A stretch of 64,000 nt of DNA from a virus (IMGVR_UViG_3300033463_000049:1-64000), one strand, 5' to 3'. Shown: positions 8,113 through 17,381, counted from the stretch's first letter. Numbers and translations are program-made. The notes: a model not told the origin generated them from the letters alone.

Positions 8113-8555
8113 CTTATTATCTGTGTTACAACGTGATCAACATAGATTATTATCTCTGTTTCTCTACCATTTCTCTGGTGAGTTATTCCCCACGGTTTAA
8201 CAATGACTTTGTTATCACTGTCTGAGAAGAAGGTTATTAACTCTGGCTTGTCTTTGTAGACTTTTAACCAGTTTGTTGTTGCAGGATGTCGTACAACTAC
8301 CTGTGAATGCATGGCAATTGTTTTTACGACATTCGGAGACACATTCAATGCTGCTCTTGTTGGAATGTATACGTTATTTTTGAACAAACAACGTAATTCT
8401 CCAGTTTTTAAGAGCATATTGCTTATATTTACCACTTCGGCTGCAACCAATTCTCGTTCTACACTACGAACGATGAGCCAGGGTCCGATGGGTAAACCTA
8501 ATGCTGGTAATTTTCGCTTAACCAGCATTCCTTTTCGCACTCTTTTTTCTGTCAT
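8109..8555 (-). CDS. hypothetical protein
   Basis: 148-aa ORF. Confidence 0.7.
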   Translation of the reverse strand: MTEKRVRKGMLVKRKLPALGLPIGPWLIVRSVERELVAAEVVNISNMLLKTGELRCLFKNNVYIPTRAALNVSPNVVKTIAMHSQVVVRHPATTNWLKVYKDKPELITFFSDSDNKVIVKPWGITHQRNGRETEIIIYVDHVVTQIIR

Positions 8556-8600
8556 TCTTGATAAATTAACAGATTAATTACTAAAGATGAACTTAACCCA

Positions 8601-8837
8601 TCATCTTTTTGGGTTTATTCGCTGGAGATAGTGGGTTGTTGGCAGTTTTCGACGATAACATACGTTGGAACATACGTGCTGTCTAGGAATCGGACCAAAC
8701 GTGTGTGAAATATCACATACAATACACGGAGGTATGAAACTATATTTGTCGCGACGCCGCTTTTTTACCCGAAATATTATCCCACGGATTGTCACTAACT
8801 GTCCTGGTTTCCACATACTTTTTCGTAATATCCCCAC
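8601..8837 (-). CDS. small Cys-motif protein (KPGQLVTI paralog)
   Basis: KPGQLVTI..I(F/Y)R followed by CxxC motifs; true start probably at MWKPG. Confidence 0.65.
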   Translation of the reverse strand: MGILRKSMWKPGQLVTIRGIIFRVKKRRRDKYSFIPPCIVCDISHTFGPIPRQHVCSNVCYRRKLPTTHYLQRINPKR

Positions 8838-8992
8838 AGTCCTAATTTTTCAACACAACCTATGCATTGTAGCATTGGAAGTGCACACAGTCTACATGAT
8901 GATAATAGAGTACTTTTTCGTCTTCTGATACGATAAACAGTGCGATTTATCGTAACCAGTTGTCCTGGTTTGAATCTACTCATCTCGTACAA
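8795..8992 (-). CDS. small Cys-motif protein (KPGQLVTI paralog)
   Basis: FKPGQLVTINRTVYR...CRLC...CIGC; ends TAG-TGA. Confidence 0.65.
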   Translation of the reverse strand: MYEMSRFKPGQLVTINRTVYRIRRRKSTLLSSCRLCALPMLQCIGCVEKLGLWGYYEKVCGNQDS

Positions 8993-9210
8993 ATCAAATT
9001 ACCCTCAAGATGTGTTCCTAACTTCTCACATATATCCGTCAGAGATTCAGAGATTACTTTGGCAGCGTTCTCTGTTACACCTTTACAAACCAACATCGTA
9101 GAATTACCGGCTTTAAACCATAATCTACGTCTATCGTTTCCCAGCTTATCCACTCTCTTCTTTTTGGGAAGAGGTGGATTTAGCTGGTTTTGTTTTTTAT
9201 ATGCCTCCAT
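8980..9210 (-). CDS. hypothetical protein
   Basis: 76-aa ORF overlapping both neighbours. Confidence 0.6.
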   Translation of the reverse strand: MEAYKKQNQLNPPLPKKKRVDKLGNDRRRLWFKAGNSTMLVCKGVTENAAKVISESLTDICEKLGTHLEGNLICTR

Positions 9211-9940
9211 TCAGATTAATATTTAATTCACGAATGTTTATGACGATCTGAGGAATGCCCTCTTCAGACTCTTCAGGATTATCATCTATTGGAGTTTCAC
9301 CGGCAGGATCGATCTTAACAGTACGTTTCTTTGTTTCACCAAAATCTATTAGATGTTTGTCATCATTCTCGTGCTGGTTCAGCCATTCCTGAACAAAATT
9401 GTGAGAGTGATCAAGATGTTCTTCTGCTGATTTTTTCAGTGCATGAATAATGTAAGCATCTTGAAGTTTTTCGTCCTCTTTTGCCTTTGCTACAAGCATT
9501 TTCCTAATTTTTTCAGCAGCTGATGACTCTTCTTCAGATTCTTCAGGATCATCTGTTTCGGACTCTTGATCAGTTGGACCAAAGTTGATGAGATGTACAT
9601 CTTCTTCAGGACAATCTCTGTGCTGTTTTTTCCACTGCTGTACAAAGTTGTGAGAATATTTTTCTTGTGATTTTTGAAGTGCGTGAACAAACGGTTCACC
9701 GTATTTGTTGTAAGCATCTCGAAGTTCTTCGTTTGCTTCTAGAGTTTCTGACAGTGAGTTGTGCACATCAATGAATGTGTTGAGCAAGAGCTTCATAAAC
9801 TCTGCAACTTCATCACCAGTTATCACTTCGCCGTTATATACAGCGAGTACAGCTGGTACTGCCATCCAAGGTGTAGTACCTCCGGATGTAACGGCAATTT
9901 TTAGTTCTTTTGCCATTTTTAGAGCTTTTTGTATATCCAT
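9197..9940 (-). CDS. acidic hypothetical protein with an internal duplication
   Basis: HAL.KS...SHNFVQ.W..QH...HLI.FG...PEESEE occurs twice. Confidence 0.8.
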   Translation of the reverse strand: MDIQKALKMAKELKIAVTSGGTTPWMAVPAVLAVYNGEVITGDEVAEFMKLLLNTFIDVHNSLSETLEANEELRDAYNKYGEPFVHALQKSQEKYSHNFVQQWKKQHRDCPEEDVHLINFGPTDQESETDDPEESEEESSAAEKIRKMLVAKAKEDEKLQDAYIIHALKKSAEEHLDHSHNFVQEWLNQHENDDKHLIDFGETKKRTVKIDPAGETPIDDNPEESEEGIPQIVINIRELNINLNGGI

Positions 9941-10075
9941 ACGTTTTTGTTTAGTATTGATTACTATTCCAACACTTAACTCAGTCGGATTTGAGTGATG
10001 CTAATATTAAGGCTCCGAGAATAAATCCGAGTCCAAATGACAGGAGCATCTTTGCTGTGAATAGATCGATGTACA

Positions 10076-10315
10076 TTATTTCCAGATATTAAGTTTTACG
10101 CGTTTGGTTTTCTTTGCTCTGTAGCTGGCTATATACATTTTCATAAAAAAATAGCTTTCTTTTCTTAGCTCTTCTATGATTGAATCTTTTTTAAGCCAGC
10201 CATGTTTATGTATGCGTGAGCAAGAGTAGTATGTTACACCAGCCACTTTTAACGCGTAAACAGCATATCTCTCACGGAATTTTCTTCGTAACTCTTTTAA
10301 CAGCTTTACTTTCAT
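10076..10315 (-). CDS. hypothetical basic protein
   Basis: 79 aa, MKVKLLKELRRKF-type small phage protein. Confidence 0.65.
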   Translation of the reverse strand: MKVKLLKELRRKFRERYAVYALKVAGVTYYSCSRIHKHGWLKKDSIIEELRKESYFFMKMYIASYRAKKTKRVKLNIWK

Positions 10316-10344
10316 TTTTCAGATACTTTAGTTTTCATCGATAG

Positions 10345-10692
10345 TCATAAGCCAATTGTATCTACTTTGCAAATAGTATCCCTTTTCACCTGTTGTACAG
10401 GTAAGTCGGGAAACGCCAAACGCATACGACGATACGTGCTATCTTTGATAATAACTGGAGGTATAGGACCTATCAGTTCTTCAAGAATGCACCATTCGTC
10501 TGTTTCAGATAGTACATCGAGCACAAAATCTGCATCATGCTCTTCCACCACGTACAAGATGTCGATAATTGCTTTCTCCAATCTTGCACATTTCTCACAA
10601 TATGCATCGGACTTAGTCTGTGCAGAAACGAAATTACACTCAACTAAGCCGATGCATACCAACGCGATTATGAACAACGTAAGCTTTTTCAT
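10345..10692 (-). CDS. secreted or membrane hypothetical protein
   Basis: N-terminal signal-like segment. Confidence 0.7.
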   Translation of the reverse strand: MKKLTLFIIALVCIGLVECNFVSAQTKSDAYCEKCARLEKAIIDILYVVEEHDADFVLDVLSETDEWCILEELIGPIPPVIIKDSTYRRMRLAFPDLPVQQVKRDTICKVDTIGL

Positions 10693-10890
10693 CTTTCAAC
10701 CGGGAAATTTCTCTTTGTTGTAACATTTCCACGGCGACTTGTCTCGCACACATATTGTTGTGCACGAAAGTCGTATCTCACACTTATTTTTGCATCCATG
10801 ATTTGATACGATCTATAAGCCATTGTGTTATTGCTACGACGACAACGAAAGCTATCGCTGCCTCAAAGAGGATTATTGCCAACTGTGCAT

Positions 10891-11232
10891 TCATTTCTTC
10901 AATGCATTTAGTTGTTCTGTGATTTTCGGCAGGTATCGACGATACATTTTACCTGTCTTTTTCGATCGGAGCCAGCAATACGCTTTCCCCTTACTTGAGA
11001 GAAACACAGGGTACTTGAAACCCTGAAGATCTTGATAGTAGAAATTTGTTTTCACACTATCACCAGTTGTAGTTTGTTGGATAAATGTATTACCCTTCAA
11101 AACTACATTTTGTCCTCTCAAGCCATGCGCAATGGCTAAGAATCCAAGGATGAGGACAATGATACCTAGGATTCTCGATGATCGTTTTATCATATGTTTA
11201 AATGGTGAATTCAAACAAAGTTGTGTAAACAT
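10891..11232 (-). CDS. membrane-anchored hypothetical protein
   Basis: TM helix, then YQDLQGFKYPVFLSSKGKAY...SKKTGKMYRRYLP. Confidence 0.75.
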   Translation of the reverse strand: MFTQLCLNSPFKHMIKRSSRILGIIVLILGFLAIAHGLRGQNVVLKGNTFIQQTTTGDSVKTNFYYQDLQGFKYPVFLSSKGKAYCWLRSKKTGKMYRRYLPKITEQLNALKK

Positions 11233-11234
11233 AT

Positions 11235-11271
11235 AAAAAGGGAGCGGACTTATGCCTAAGCAGCCGCTCCC
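11235..11271 (-). terminator. intrinsic terminator
   Basis: GGGAGCGG/CCGCTCCC stem followed by TTTTT on the minus strand. Confidence 0.6.
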
Positions 11272-11280
11272 CTACATGTT

Positions 11281-12093
11281 AACACATCGTTGCGCTTTCT
11301 ATCCTCCCAGTGGGTTGATGTACTCGATGTGGGATTCAGCCAATGCCTTCCATTGACCTCTCCTATAAATCCACACCTAGTAACTTACTAGTTTAGGTTG
11401 GTGTGCCACAATGGTTACGCAACATACTCATTGTAGTATAATTATTCCTTTGATGAAATAACTATAGATTGTAACCTCTAAGGGATTTGCGTGTGAGTCG
11501 AGTAACAGAGACACTCACTCCCCGTTGTATTGATAGGATACAACTGACCGATTCTACCTAGGTAGATTACCACTCGGCTAATGGGTTCAACTATTCCAGT
11601 GGACACATCACTGTTCAAGTCTAGCGTGTGTTTGTCGGGGACACGCATCCTCCCTTAGATAGTAGTCTATCGGCCAGGCAGCAGGCATCAGATAGTACAC
11701 ACAAATGGTCTTGTGTTGACCTGACTATCTTTAGCCTGAACTTCGGGACGTATCCCGAACATCTGCCAATTTGTTTGTAAACTCTTTCCCCTGCAAGCGG
11801 TCAAACCTACAGGGTACTGTTACCATGTAAAATTTGAATTGATTGCGAAATCCCAACTCACTCGAATAATCGATATAGGCGCCAGTTGCCGTGACACGTG
11901 GGATCTACTGGACTTATGAGGAAGTTTACATATTGTGCTCGCTGTCTAATGCCACCTGATATTATCAGGAATGGGAACAACTGCGGTTTAGCACTTACTC
12001 TCTTGCCTCACGGCAGCACGAGCACTTTGATATATGATATTCACGTTGCTCTGCAATATGCAGGTTGTACGTGGAGAGCGCAAATTTTGTGTT
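11281..12093. ncRNA. candidate large (about 810 nt) structured non-coding RNA
   Basis: No credible ORF; end-closing helix 11290-11300/12073-12083; many nested helices. Confidence 0.55.
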
Positions 12094-12203
12094 TATTTTA
12101 ACTTTATACAATAGGCTATATATTAAGAGAAAATAAGCCTATGAATAAGAGAAAATACAACAATTCCGAAAGTGAGGTGGCTCTCCTGCGAGAGCCTGCC
12201 CAC

Positions 12204-12860
12204 TTATAGACCTAAATCGTCAGCGGTTTTTGTGTCCGCTTTCGTTTCGGTCGGTACGTTCAAATCTCCGTCATCAATACGACGCAACAAGTTGTTGCGT
12301 AACATATTTGTCGCGCTTTCAGTATCGGTAAAAACTCCGTAAAAGATTTTACTTTGTTCCGAAATTCGTACAACCGCGCCGTCAGCGTTTTCGTACTCCA
12401 AATACTCTGTACCCTCGTACTTTGTACCCTTCAGGAGTGCGGACACGCTTTCAGTCAAAACGGAAAAAACTGAAGTGTTTCCCAAACCCTCGAAGTACTC
12501 ACGAAGTTTTCCTTCAAGTTTCGTTTGTTGCTCGTCAGTCAGACCGCCTTTGGGAGTCTTGAACGTTTTCCCGTCTCCCAAATCCAAATCCAAATCGTCA
12601 GCCGTAAAAACACCTGAATAACGAATTTGAGTGCGGTTTTTTAGTATCGTCTGTTTCATTTTCTCGCGTACTTTTTCGTCAGTAACACGCGAAAGAATTT
12701 CGTTTTCTTTGTCTGAGAGTGTATCTCCGTCAGAGAACGAAATAACGATACGATAACCCGTTTGGGGTTCGTAGCCCGCGCGTTCCTCACGATTACGCGC
12801 TTTTAGCGTGTCGGGAATTTCGACCAACACGATTTTTGCCAAATCAAATTTTGTCTGCAT
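12204..12860 (-). CDS. acidic hypothetical protein with distinct nucleotide composition
   Basis: 218-aa ORF, CpG-rich, followed by a hairpin at 12171-12204. Confidence 0.85.
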   Translation of the reverse strand: MQTKFDLAKIVLVEIPDTLKARNREERAGYEPQTGYRIVISFSDGDTLSDKENEILSRVTDEKVREKMKQTILKNRTQIRYSGVFTADDLDLDLGDGKTFKTPKGGLTDEQQTKLEGKLREYFEGLGNTSVFSVLTESVSALLKGTKYEGTEYLEYENADGAVVRISEQSKIFYGVFTDTESATNMLRNNLLRRIDDGDLNVPTETKADTKTADDLGL

Positions 12861-13010
12861 GATGTAAAACGTATTAAGTATATGTAATGTATAGGGGGAA
12901 CCTTTCCCCCATACGCATGTACTGGGGTGTGAAGTCTGCTATTTCTCCTTTCCACACTCACACAAAAAAATAAAAAATTTTTAAAAAATTTTCACCGTGT
13001 AGTAGTGTAC

Positions 13011-13046
13011 AAAAAAATCCGAAGAACATCGCTGTTCCCCGGATTC
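13011..13046 (-). terminator. intrinsic terminator ending the 15525-13052 operon
   Basis: AATCCGGGGAACA-GCGA-TGTTCTTCGGATT-TTTTT. Confidence 0.7.
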
Positions 13047-13051
13047 TATGT

Positions 13052-13240
13052 TTAATCTTCTTCCCACCATTGCAGGAATGCACACTTTGCATTAGGATTA
13101 TTCTCTGCTTGTTGGAATTTAACGGACCTAATGTATTTAACTATTCCGTCACTCCACGTGCCAACTTGTATATCACCGTATTTCTTCTGAATGACTTTAA
13201 GTTGTTCTATTATTTCACTTATTTTTAAAGGTTCTTCCAT
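13052..13240 (-). CDS. hypothetical protein
   Basis: 62 aa, LKISEIIEQL..IQKKYGD. Confidence 0.7.
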   Translation of the reverse strand: MEEPLKISEIIEQLKVIQKKYGDIQVGTWSDGIVKYIRSVKFQQAENNPNAKCAFLQWWEED

Positions 13241-13243
13241 GTA

Positions 13244-13462
13244 TTATGCATTATTACTCTCTAGTTCTATTAGCATTTCAAGATAATGTTTGGCCTTTTT
13301 TAGGTCTTCTATACCGTTCTTATCTTTATATCTACATATATACTTTATTATATTACCTACTATAAAGCTTAAGTTATTTTTGTGTATAAATTCCACAGGT
13401 TGGATGGCAAAACCTTTGTAGTGTGAGCCACCCACCTGCTGTTCTAGAGCATTATTCGTCAT
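13244..13462 (-). CDS. DUF3310 (SaV-like) protein
   Basis: QVGGSHYK..IQPVEFI...GNIIKYICRYKDKNGIEDLKKAKHYL. Confidence 0.85.
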   Translation of the reverse strand: MTNNALEQQVGGSHYKGFAIQPVEFIHKNNLSFIVGNIIKYICRYKDKNGIEDLKKAKHYLEMLIELESNNA

Positions 13463-13478
13463 TTTTTACCTCCCATTG

Positions 13479-13694
13479 TCACACTTGCAATAGTTTCATG
13501 TACCTTTCTTTATCCTCTTTCAAAGGATCTAGAATCCAACCCCAATCGTCTACTTTGGTAATATCTCCTCCAGCCCTATTAAATCTCTGTAGAATGTCTT
13601 GTTTAACGTCTTCAGAGTACTTGTCATTGTCAGCGCTTATGAGGCTTACAAAGACTAGATTTCTGAGCATTTTCTTGCTATCCTTATTACTCAT
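13479..13694 (-). CDS. hypothetical protein
   Basis: Probable start MSNKDSKK at 13694, after the extended upstream gene. Confidence 0.6.
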   Translation of the reverse strand: MSNKDSKKMLRNLVFVSLISADNDKYSEDVKQDILQRFNRAGGDITKVDDWGWILDPLKEDKERYMKLLQV

Positions 13695-13716
13695 TTGTGT
13701 TAGGCATTTCTTCAAA

Positions 13717-13980
13717 TTAATTCCACCAATGTTTCTTACGTAGCTATTTTTGTAGATCCTAATACATACATCTCCATTTATCTGCTTCTGCATTGGCTCT
13801 TATATAGTCATCACGTAGAGTTTCAATCTGTTTTTTATACATATTTTCATAAAAACGGTCTTTTTCAATAGTTATACGCCTAATAATGTCTACTTCTTTT
13901 TCTCTAGCTTTTTCGGCTCTCACAATCAGATCTCTATACTCTATAGTGGATATAACCACAATGTTTTCTTTCATTTCCAT
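13717..13980 (-). CDS. coiled-coil hypothetical protein (2 TAG=Gln)
   Basis: Readthrough gives ...WRCMYQDLQKQLRKKHWWN-TAA. Confidence 0.65.
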
Positions 13981-14525
13981 TATACTGCTACTTCTTCAAA
14001 TTCTACGTATTCGTCCATTTCTGTACTCATTCCTTCTCGTTCGACCAGAAGATCACTTTGGGTTGTTGGTACTTCCTCATGTAAGTAGCCGCTCCCCCGT
14101 TCGCTAGCTGTATCATCTCCAAACTCTCCGTTTGTATTACTTTCTGTATCTCCGGGTATGGTTCCTGATACCTCGTCGCTAGTACATTCTTCTGTTGTTC
14201 CGTCATTTTCGTCTTCAAGGTCTTTTTTAAGTTCGTTTATTGCAGTTTCTACTTGCTCAGTTATGTTTCTTTCTTTCTGAGCCGTTTGCATAGCTTCAGC
14301 AAATTCTTTTGGCGTCATTTTAGCGTATTGCCATACATATTTGGTCAAATTACGCATATAAGTGGCGTAAATCTTGGCTTTTTCAGAGTATTCGCCTACT
14401 TCTTCGATCTTTTTTCTATATTCTTCAATCTTTTCCTGGGCTTCTTTTATACTCCATTTGTGGGTATCGTAAATTGCCCGTATAAGAGCTCCGTCAATAT
14501 CGTAAATGTTGCTGTTGTTTTTCAT
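13980..14525 (-). CDS. hypothetical protein with acidic tail
   Basis: 181-aa ORF. Confidence 0.75.
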   Translation of the reverse strand: MKNNSNIYDIDGALIRAIYDTHKWSIKEAQEKIEEYRKKIEEVGEYSEKAKIYATYMRNLTKYVWQYAKMTPKEFAEAMQTAQKERNITEQVETAINELKKDLEDENDGTTEECTSDEVSGTIPGDTESNTNGEFGDDTASERGSGYLHEEVPTTQSDLLVEREGMSTEMDEYVEFEEVAV

Positions 14526-14597
14526 AATTTTAAATTATTACATCCCAATCTAGTGGTTCTATCTCATCATTCAGTTTCCTCGCCATAACAGTGGTTT

Positions 14598-15122
14598 TTA
14601 AGTCTGTAAGTAGTATCTCGAACTATGAGGTCGTAAGCCTCCATCCATACCGGATTGTTCAAACAATCTTTCAGCGTGGTATGCGTACTTTGAACATTCT
14701 GTTTCTATTTCGTCTCCGTCTTCATTGATTGTTATATGGGAATAAGTTTGTGAATTTTTCCAGTTATAGTATGAATTGAGGGCCTGCTTTCGTTCTTTTT
14801 TACTACTGTACTGATGTATACATTTTAGCATACGTTCTGCATCTACGCTTCCACATGCTCGAATCATACAAATATCGTCTACGAAACTCTCAACTCCCTC
14901 CTCTCCAAACTTATTCTTTATCTGCTCATACTCCATTTGAGCTTTTTGGAGGTACGGATTATCTTCATCGTAAACAGGCTCTTCGTTTAGGATATACAGA
15001 CTGTTTATTGGTACTCCGTGAATGAAGAAATATTTACAATTATCTGTTACAGGCTAACTAATAGCTTTCAAACTCAGGAAATCTGCATAATATAGTATGG
15101 CATTGCGTTCTATATCATTCAT
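14598..15122 (-). CDS. hypothetical protein (1 TAG=Gln)
   Basis: ATG 15122 (MNDIERNAILYYADF) is in frame with 14936 through TAG at 15056-15054. Confidence 0.8.
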
Positions 15123-15123
15123 A

Positions 15124-15525
15124 TTATTTCTTTTGGAAAGTTTTATAGATACATTTGGTCACCCAACCAAGTAGGTAACAGAATGGTTCTGAACTACTAT
15201 TGTATACTTGCTGGTCCATATGGCCGTATATGTCAAGTGCTACATGACCGGCCTCGTGAGAAATAGTGTCGATCCAGTGAAATTTATCTATATATTTTGG
15301 TTTGTAGTCGTGCAAACGTACTAACGCCACAGATTTATTGTCAGATTTTCTATAACAAGTAGAGACTGTAGCAAAATCTCCAGGATTATCATCTTCTATC
15401 TCAGCACCATCTGAGTATATGTATAATTTCCTAAGTTCTTCTGTAGTTACATGCTTATTTGCTACTACTAAGTCTACGTTATATATAGCCTCATAAGTAT
15501 CTATTATACTCTTCTTTTTCTTCAT
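15124..15525 (-). CDS. zincin-like (HExxH) protein
   Basis: TISHEAGH followed by SEPFCYLLGW. Confidence 0.75.
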   Translation of the reverse strand: MKKKKSIIDTYEAIYNVDLVVANKHVTTEELRKLYIYSDGAEIEDDNPGDFATVSTCYRKSDNKSVALVRLHDYKPKYIDKFHWIDTISHEAGHVALDIYGHMDQQVYNSSSEPFCYLLGWVTKCIYKTFQKK

Positions 15526-15594
15526 GTTATACTAATTCTTATAGTCTATATAACCCCCTATAGTCCCCCTTATTGAGGGTGGGTTTACGCCGAT

Positions 15595-15677
15595 ATAACG
15601 TAAAAATGGGCAAAAAAGTTGCATTTTTACAAATTTTAAATTTCTTTTGCAACCAAATAGTAACTACATTGCGTTAT
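15595..15677. promoter_or_regulatory. divergent promoter pair TGCAAC-N17/18-CGTTAT
   Basis: Minus: 15623-15618 and 15600-15595 (N17). Plus: 15648-15653 and 15672-15677 (N18). Located exactly at the strand switch. Confidence 0.7.
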
Positions 15678-15703
15678 CGCCGTGTAATTTGAAAAATATT
15701 GAT

Positions 15704-16120
15704 ATGGCAAAGACATTAAGAGTAATTGATCCGTTTTTCATTATGGAATTGGGAGATACGTTTGAGTTCTCCGATGAAACAAATATGTACGTTTCAAAAC
15801 ATAAGGAAGAGTTTTATAAGGCAGATAGCGAACGTGTAGAAGATATAAAGTCTTCATATAGTTCAGAATTTCAGATTTCTGTCGAATATGCTCAGACCTT
15901 GGTTAAGGATGGTTACTTGGAAGAGGTTGAAGACGACAATAAGAAGTCATTTGTAAATATCTTTGATGAGATAGACAATCTTCTGGAAAAGTACAAGGAT
16001 GGTTTGGCCACCCTCAATAAGGATACAATGAACCTTCCTGCTTGCGTAAAAGTTGAGCGCGAAGTCGTTTTGACCAACTTGGTAACACTACTTGAACACT
16101 TAAAAAGCTTAAAGAAGTAA
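15704..16120 (+). CDS. hypothetical protein
   Basis: Probable start MAKTLRV downstream of the promoter motif. Confidence 0.8.
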   Translation: MAKTLRVIDPFFIMELGDTFEFSDETNMYVSKHKEEFYKADSERVEDIKSSYSSEFQISVEYAQTLVKDGYLEEVEDDNKKSFVNIFDEIDNLLEKYKDGLATLNKDTMNLPACVKVEREVVLTNLVTLLEHLKSLKK

Positions 16121-16518
16121 TGGAAGAGGATAAGATTATAGATCAGTCGGAGCTGGCAAAGAGCGTTGGTAATAGTATTAAATACACTTTTTACGACCAC
16201 TTTCTTGTAAAGCCCCTGGACCCGATCAAAGTAAAGAAAGAATTTACAGTACCTGTCGATACTACTGTTCATGAAGATAAGAATGGTGTTAAAGCAGAAG
16301 ACTTTAAAGAGACGTCGACAGAGGTTAAAGAAGTTGATTCCGATTATCGCAAAGGAATTGTAATCAAATGTCCTGCTTATTATGACGATCCTAGTGTAAA
16401 GCAGGGTGCGCAGGTCGGTGATGTTGTGATCTTCAGAGATGCTGCGGGATTGAGATTTGACCTTGTAAAAGACAGTAGACTTCTTAGACAATACGATATA
16501 CTTGGTTTTGAGAAGTGA
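16120..16518 (+). CDS. groES: GroES-like co-chaperonin
   Basis: DHFLVKP...KGIVI...QVGDVVIF...LLRQYDILG, with an extended mobile loop. Confidence 0.7.
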   Translation: MEEDKIIDQSELAKSVGNSIKYTFYDHFLVKPLDPIKVKKEFTVPVDTTVHEDKNGVKAEDFKETSTEVKEVDSDYRKGIVIKCPAYYDDPSVKQGAQVGDVVIFRDAAGLRFDLVKDSRLLRQYDILGFEK

Positions 16519-16730
16519 TTGACATAGAACAAGTGATAAAAGAAGTTTCAGTTAAGACTGGAGAAGACAGAGACGAAGTTGCTAGAGTATGCAAACACGT
16601 ATTCGAACAATTAGTTAAAATAATGAAAGATGACGAAGATACTAGAGATATTCTACTTAATCACTTTCTAAAATTTAAACTGAAACGCAGATATAAAGAA
16701 AACAAATCTAAACCCTATACAGCAAAATGA
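16515..16730 (+). CDS. HU/IHF-like DNA-binding protein
   Basis: IKEVSVKTGEDRDEVARVCKHVFEQLVKIMK...ILLNHFLKFKL. Confidence 0.6.
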   Translation: MIDIEQVIKEVSVKTGEDRDEVARVCKHVFEQLVKIMKDDEDTRDILLNHFLKFKLKRRYKENKSKPYTAK

Positions 16731-17086
16731 AGACATTTTATCTTACTTACGGTTCTAATAATATTATAATCGATCCTGAGACAAATAGAGCAGATCGATT
16801 GGAAACCAGTAGAACCGGAATAAACAACATCTACTTGGTAAAAGAACCAATGCACGTTGTGTACGGATACAAGGACGAACAGAAGGAATTTGATGTAGAT
16901 GTTGATGATATTATTGTTACATTCTACAGTGAAGACTTTACGACACACGCAATAGTTGTAAAGAATGAAGAGTGGGCAAACAATATTAAGACATACGACA
17001 AAGCTCGACAAGAAGAAAAAGAACGTTGGGCAGAAGCAGAAAAAGGTACTATTCCAACATGTAATGCGTGTGAATCAATTGGTTAA
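16727..17086 (+). CDS. hypothetical protein
   Basis: 119 aa; ATGA overlap. Confidence 0.75.
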   Translation: MKTFYLTYGSNNIIIDPETNRADRLETSRTGINNIYLVKEPMHVVYGYKDEQKEFDVDVDDIIVTFYSEDFTTHAIVVKNEEWANNIKTYDKARQEEKERWAEAEKGTIPTCNACESIG

Positions 17087-17106
17087 GGTTAAAATATAAA
17101 CATACT

Positions 17107-17373
17107 ATGAAAAAGACAGTTAAGAACACAAAGCCCAGTTATACAGTAGATTTGACCAAAGTAAAGACTCTTGAAGATATCGATGTTGCTTTTGGTCTGG
17201 CCAAGCAAAAGGCTGGTCTCGCCATTAGTGACGAAGAGCTTAGCGCAATCGTTTTTGATGCTATTAAGGCATTTGGTCCGCGAATTACAATCGTAGATTG
17301 TACTTGTCCGAAAGCTGCAAAGAAGCCAAACATCTTTAAGCGCTTCTGGAACTGGATGCTCGGCAGAAAGTAA
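17107..17373 (+). CDS. hypothetical protein
   Basis: 88 aa with amphipathic C-terminus KKPNIFKRFWNW. Confidence 0.75.
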   Translation: MKKTVKNTKPSYTVDLTKVKTLEDIDVAFGLAKQKAGLAISDEELSAIVFDAIKAFGPRITIVDCTCPKAAKKPNIFKRFWNWMLGRK

Positions 17374-17381
17374 TAACAGTT

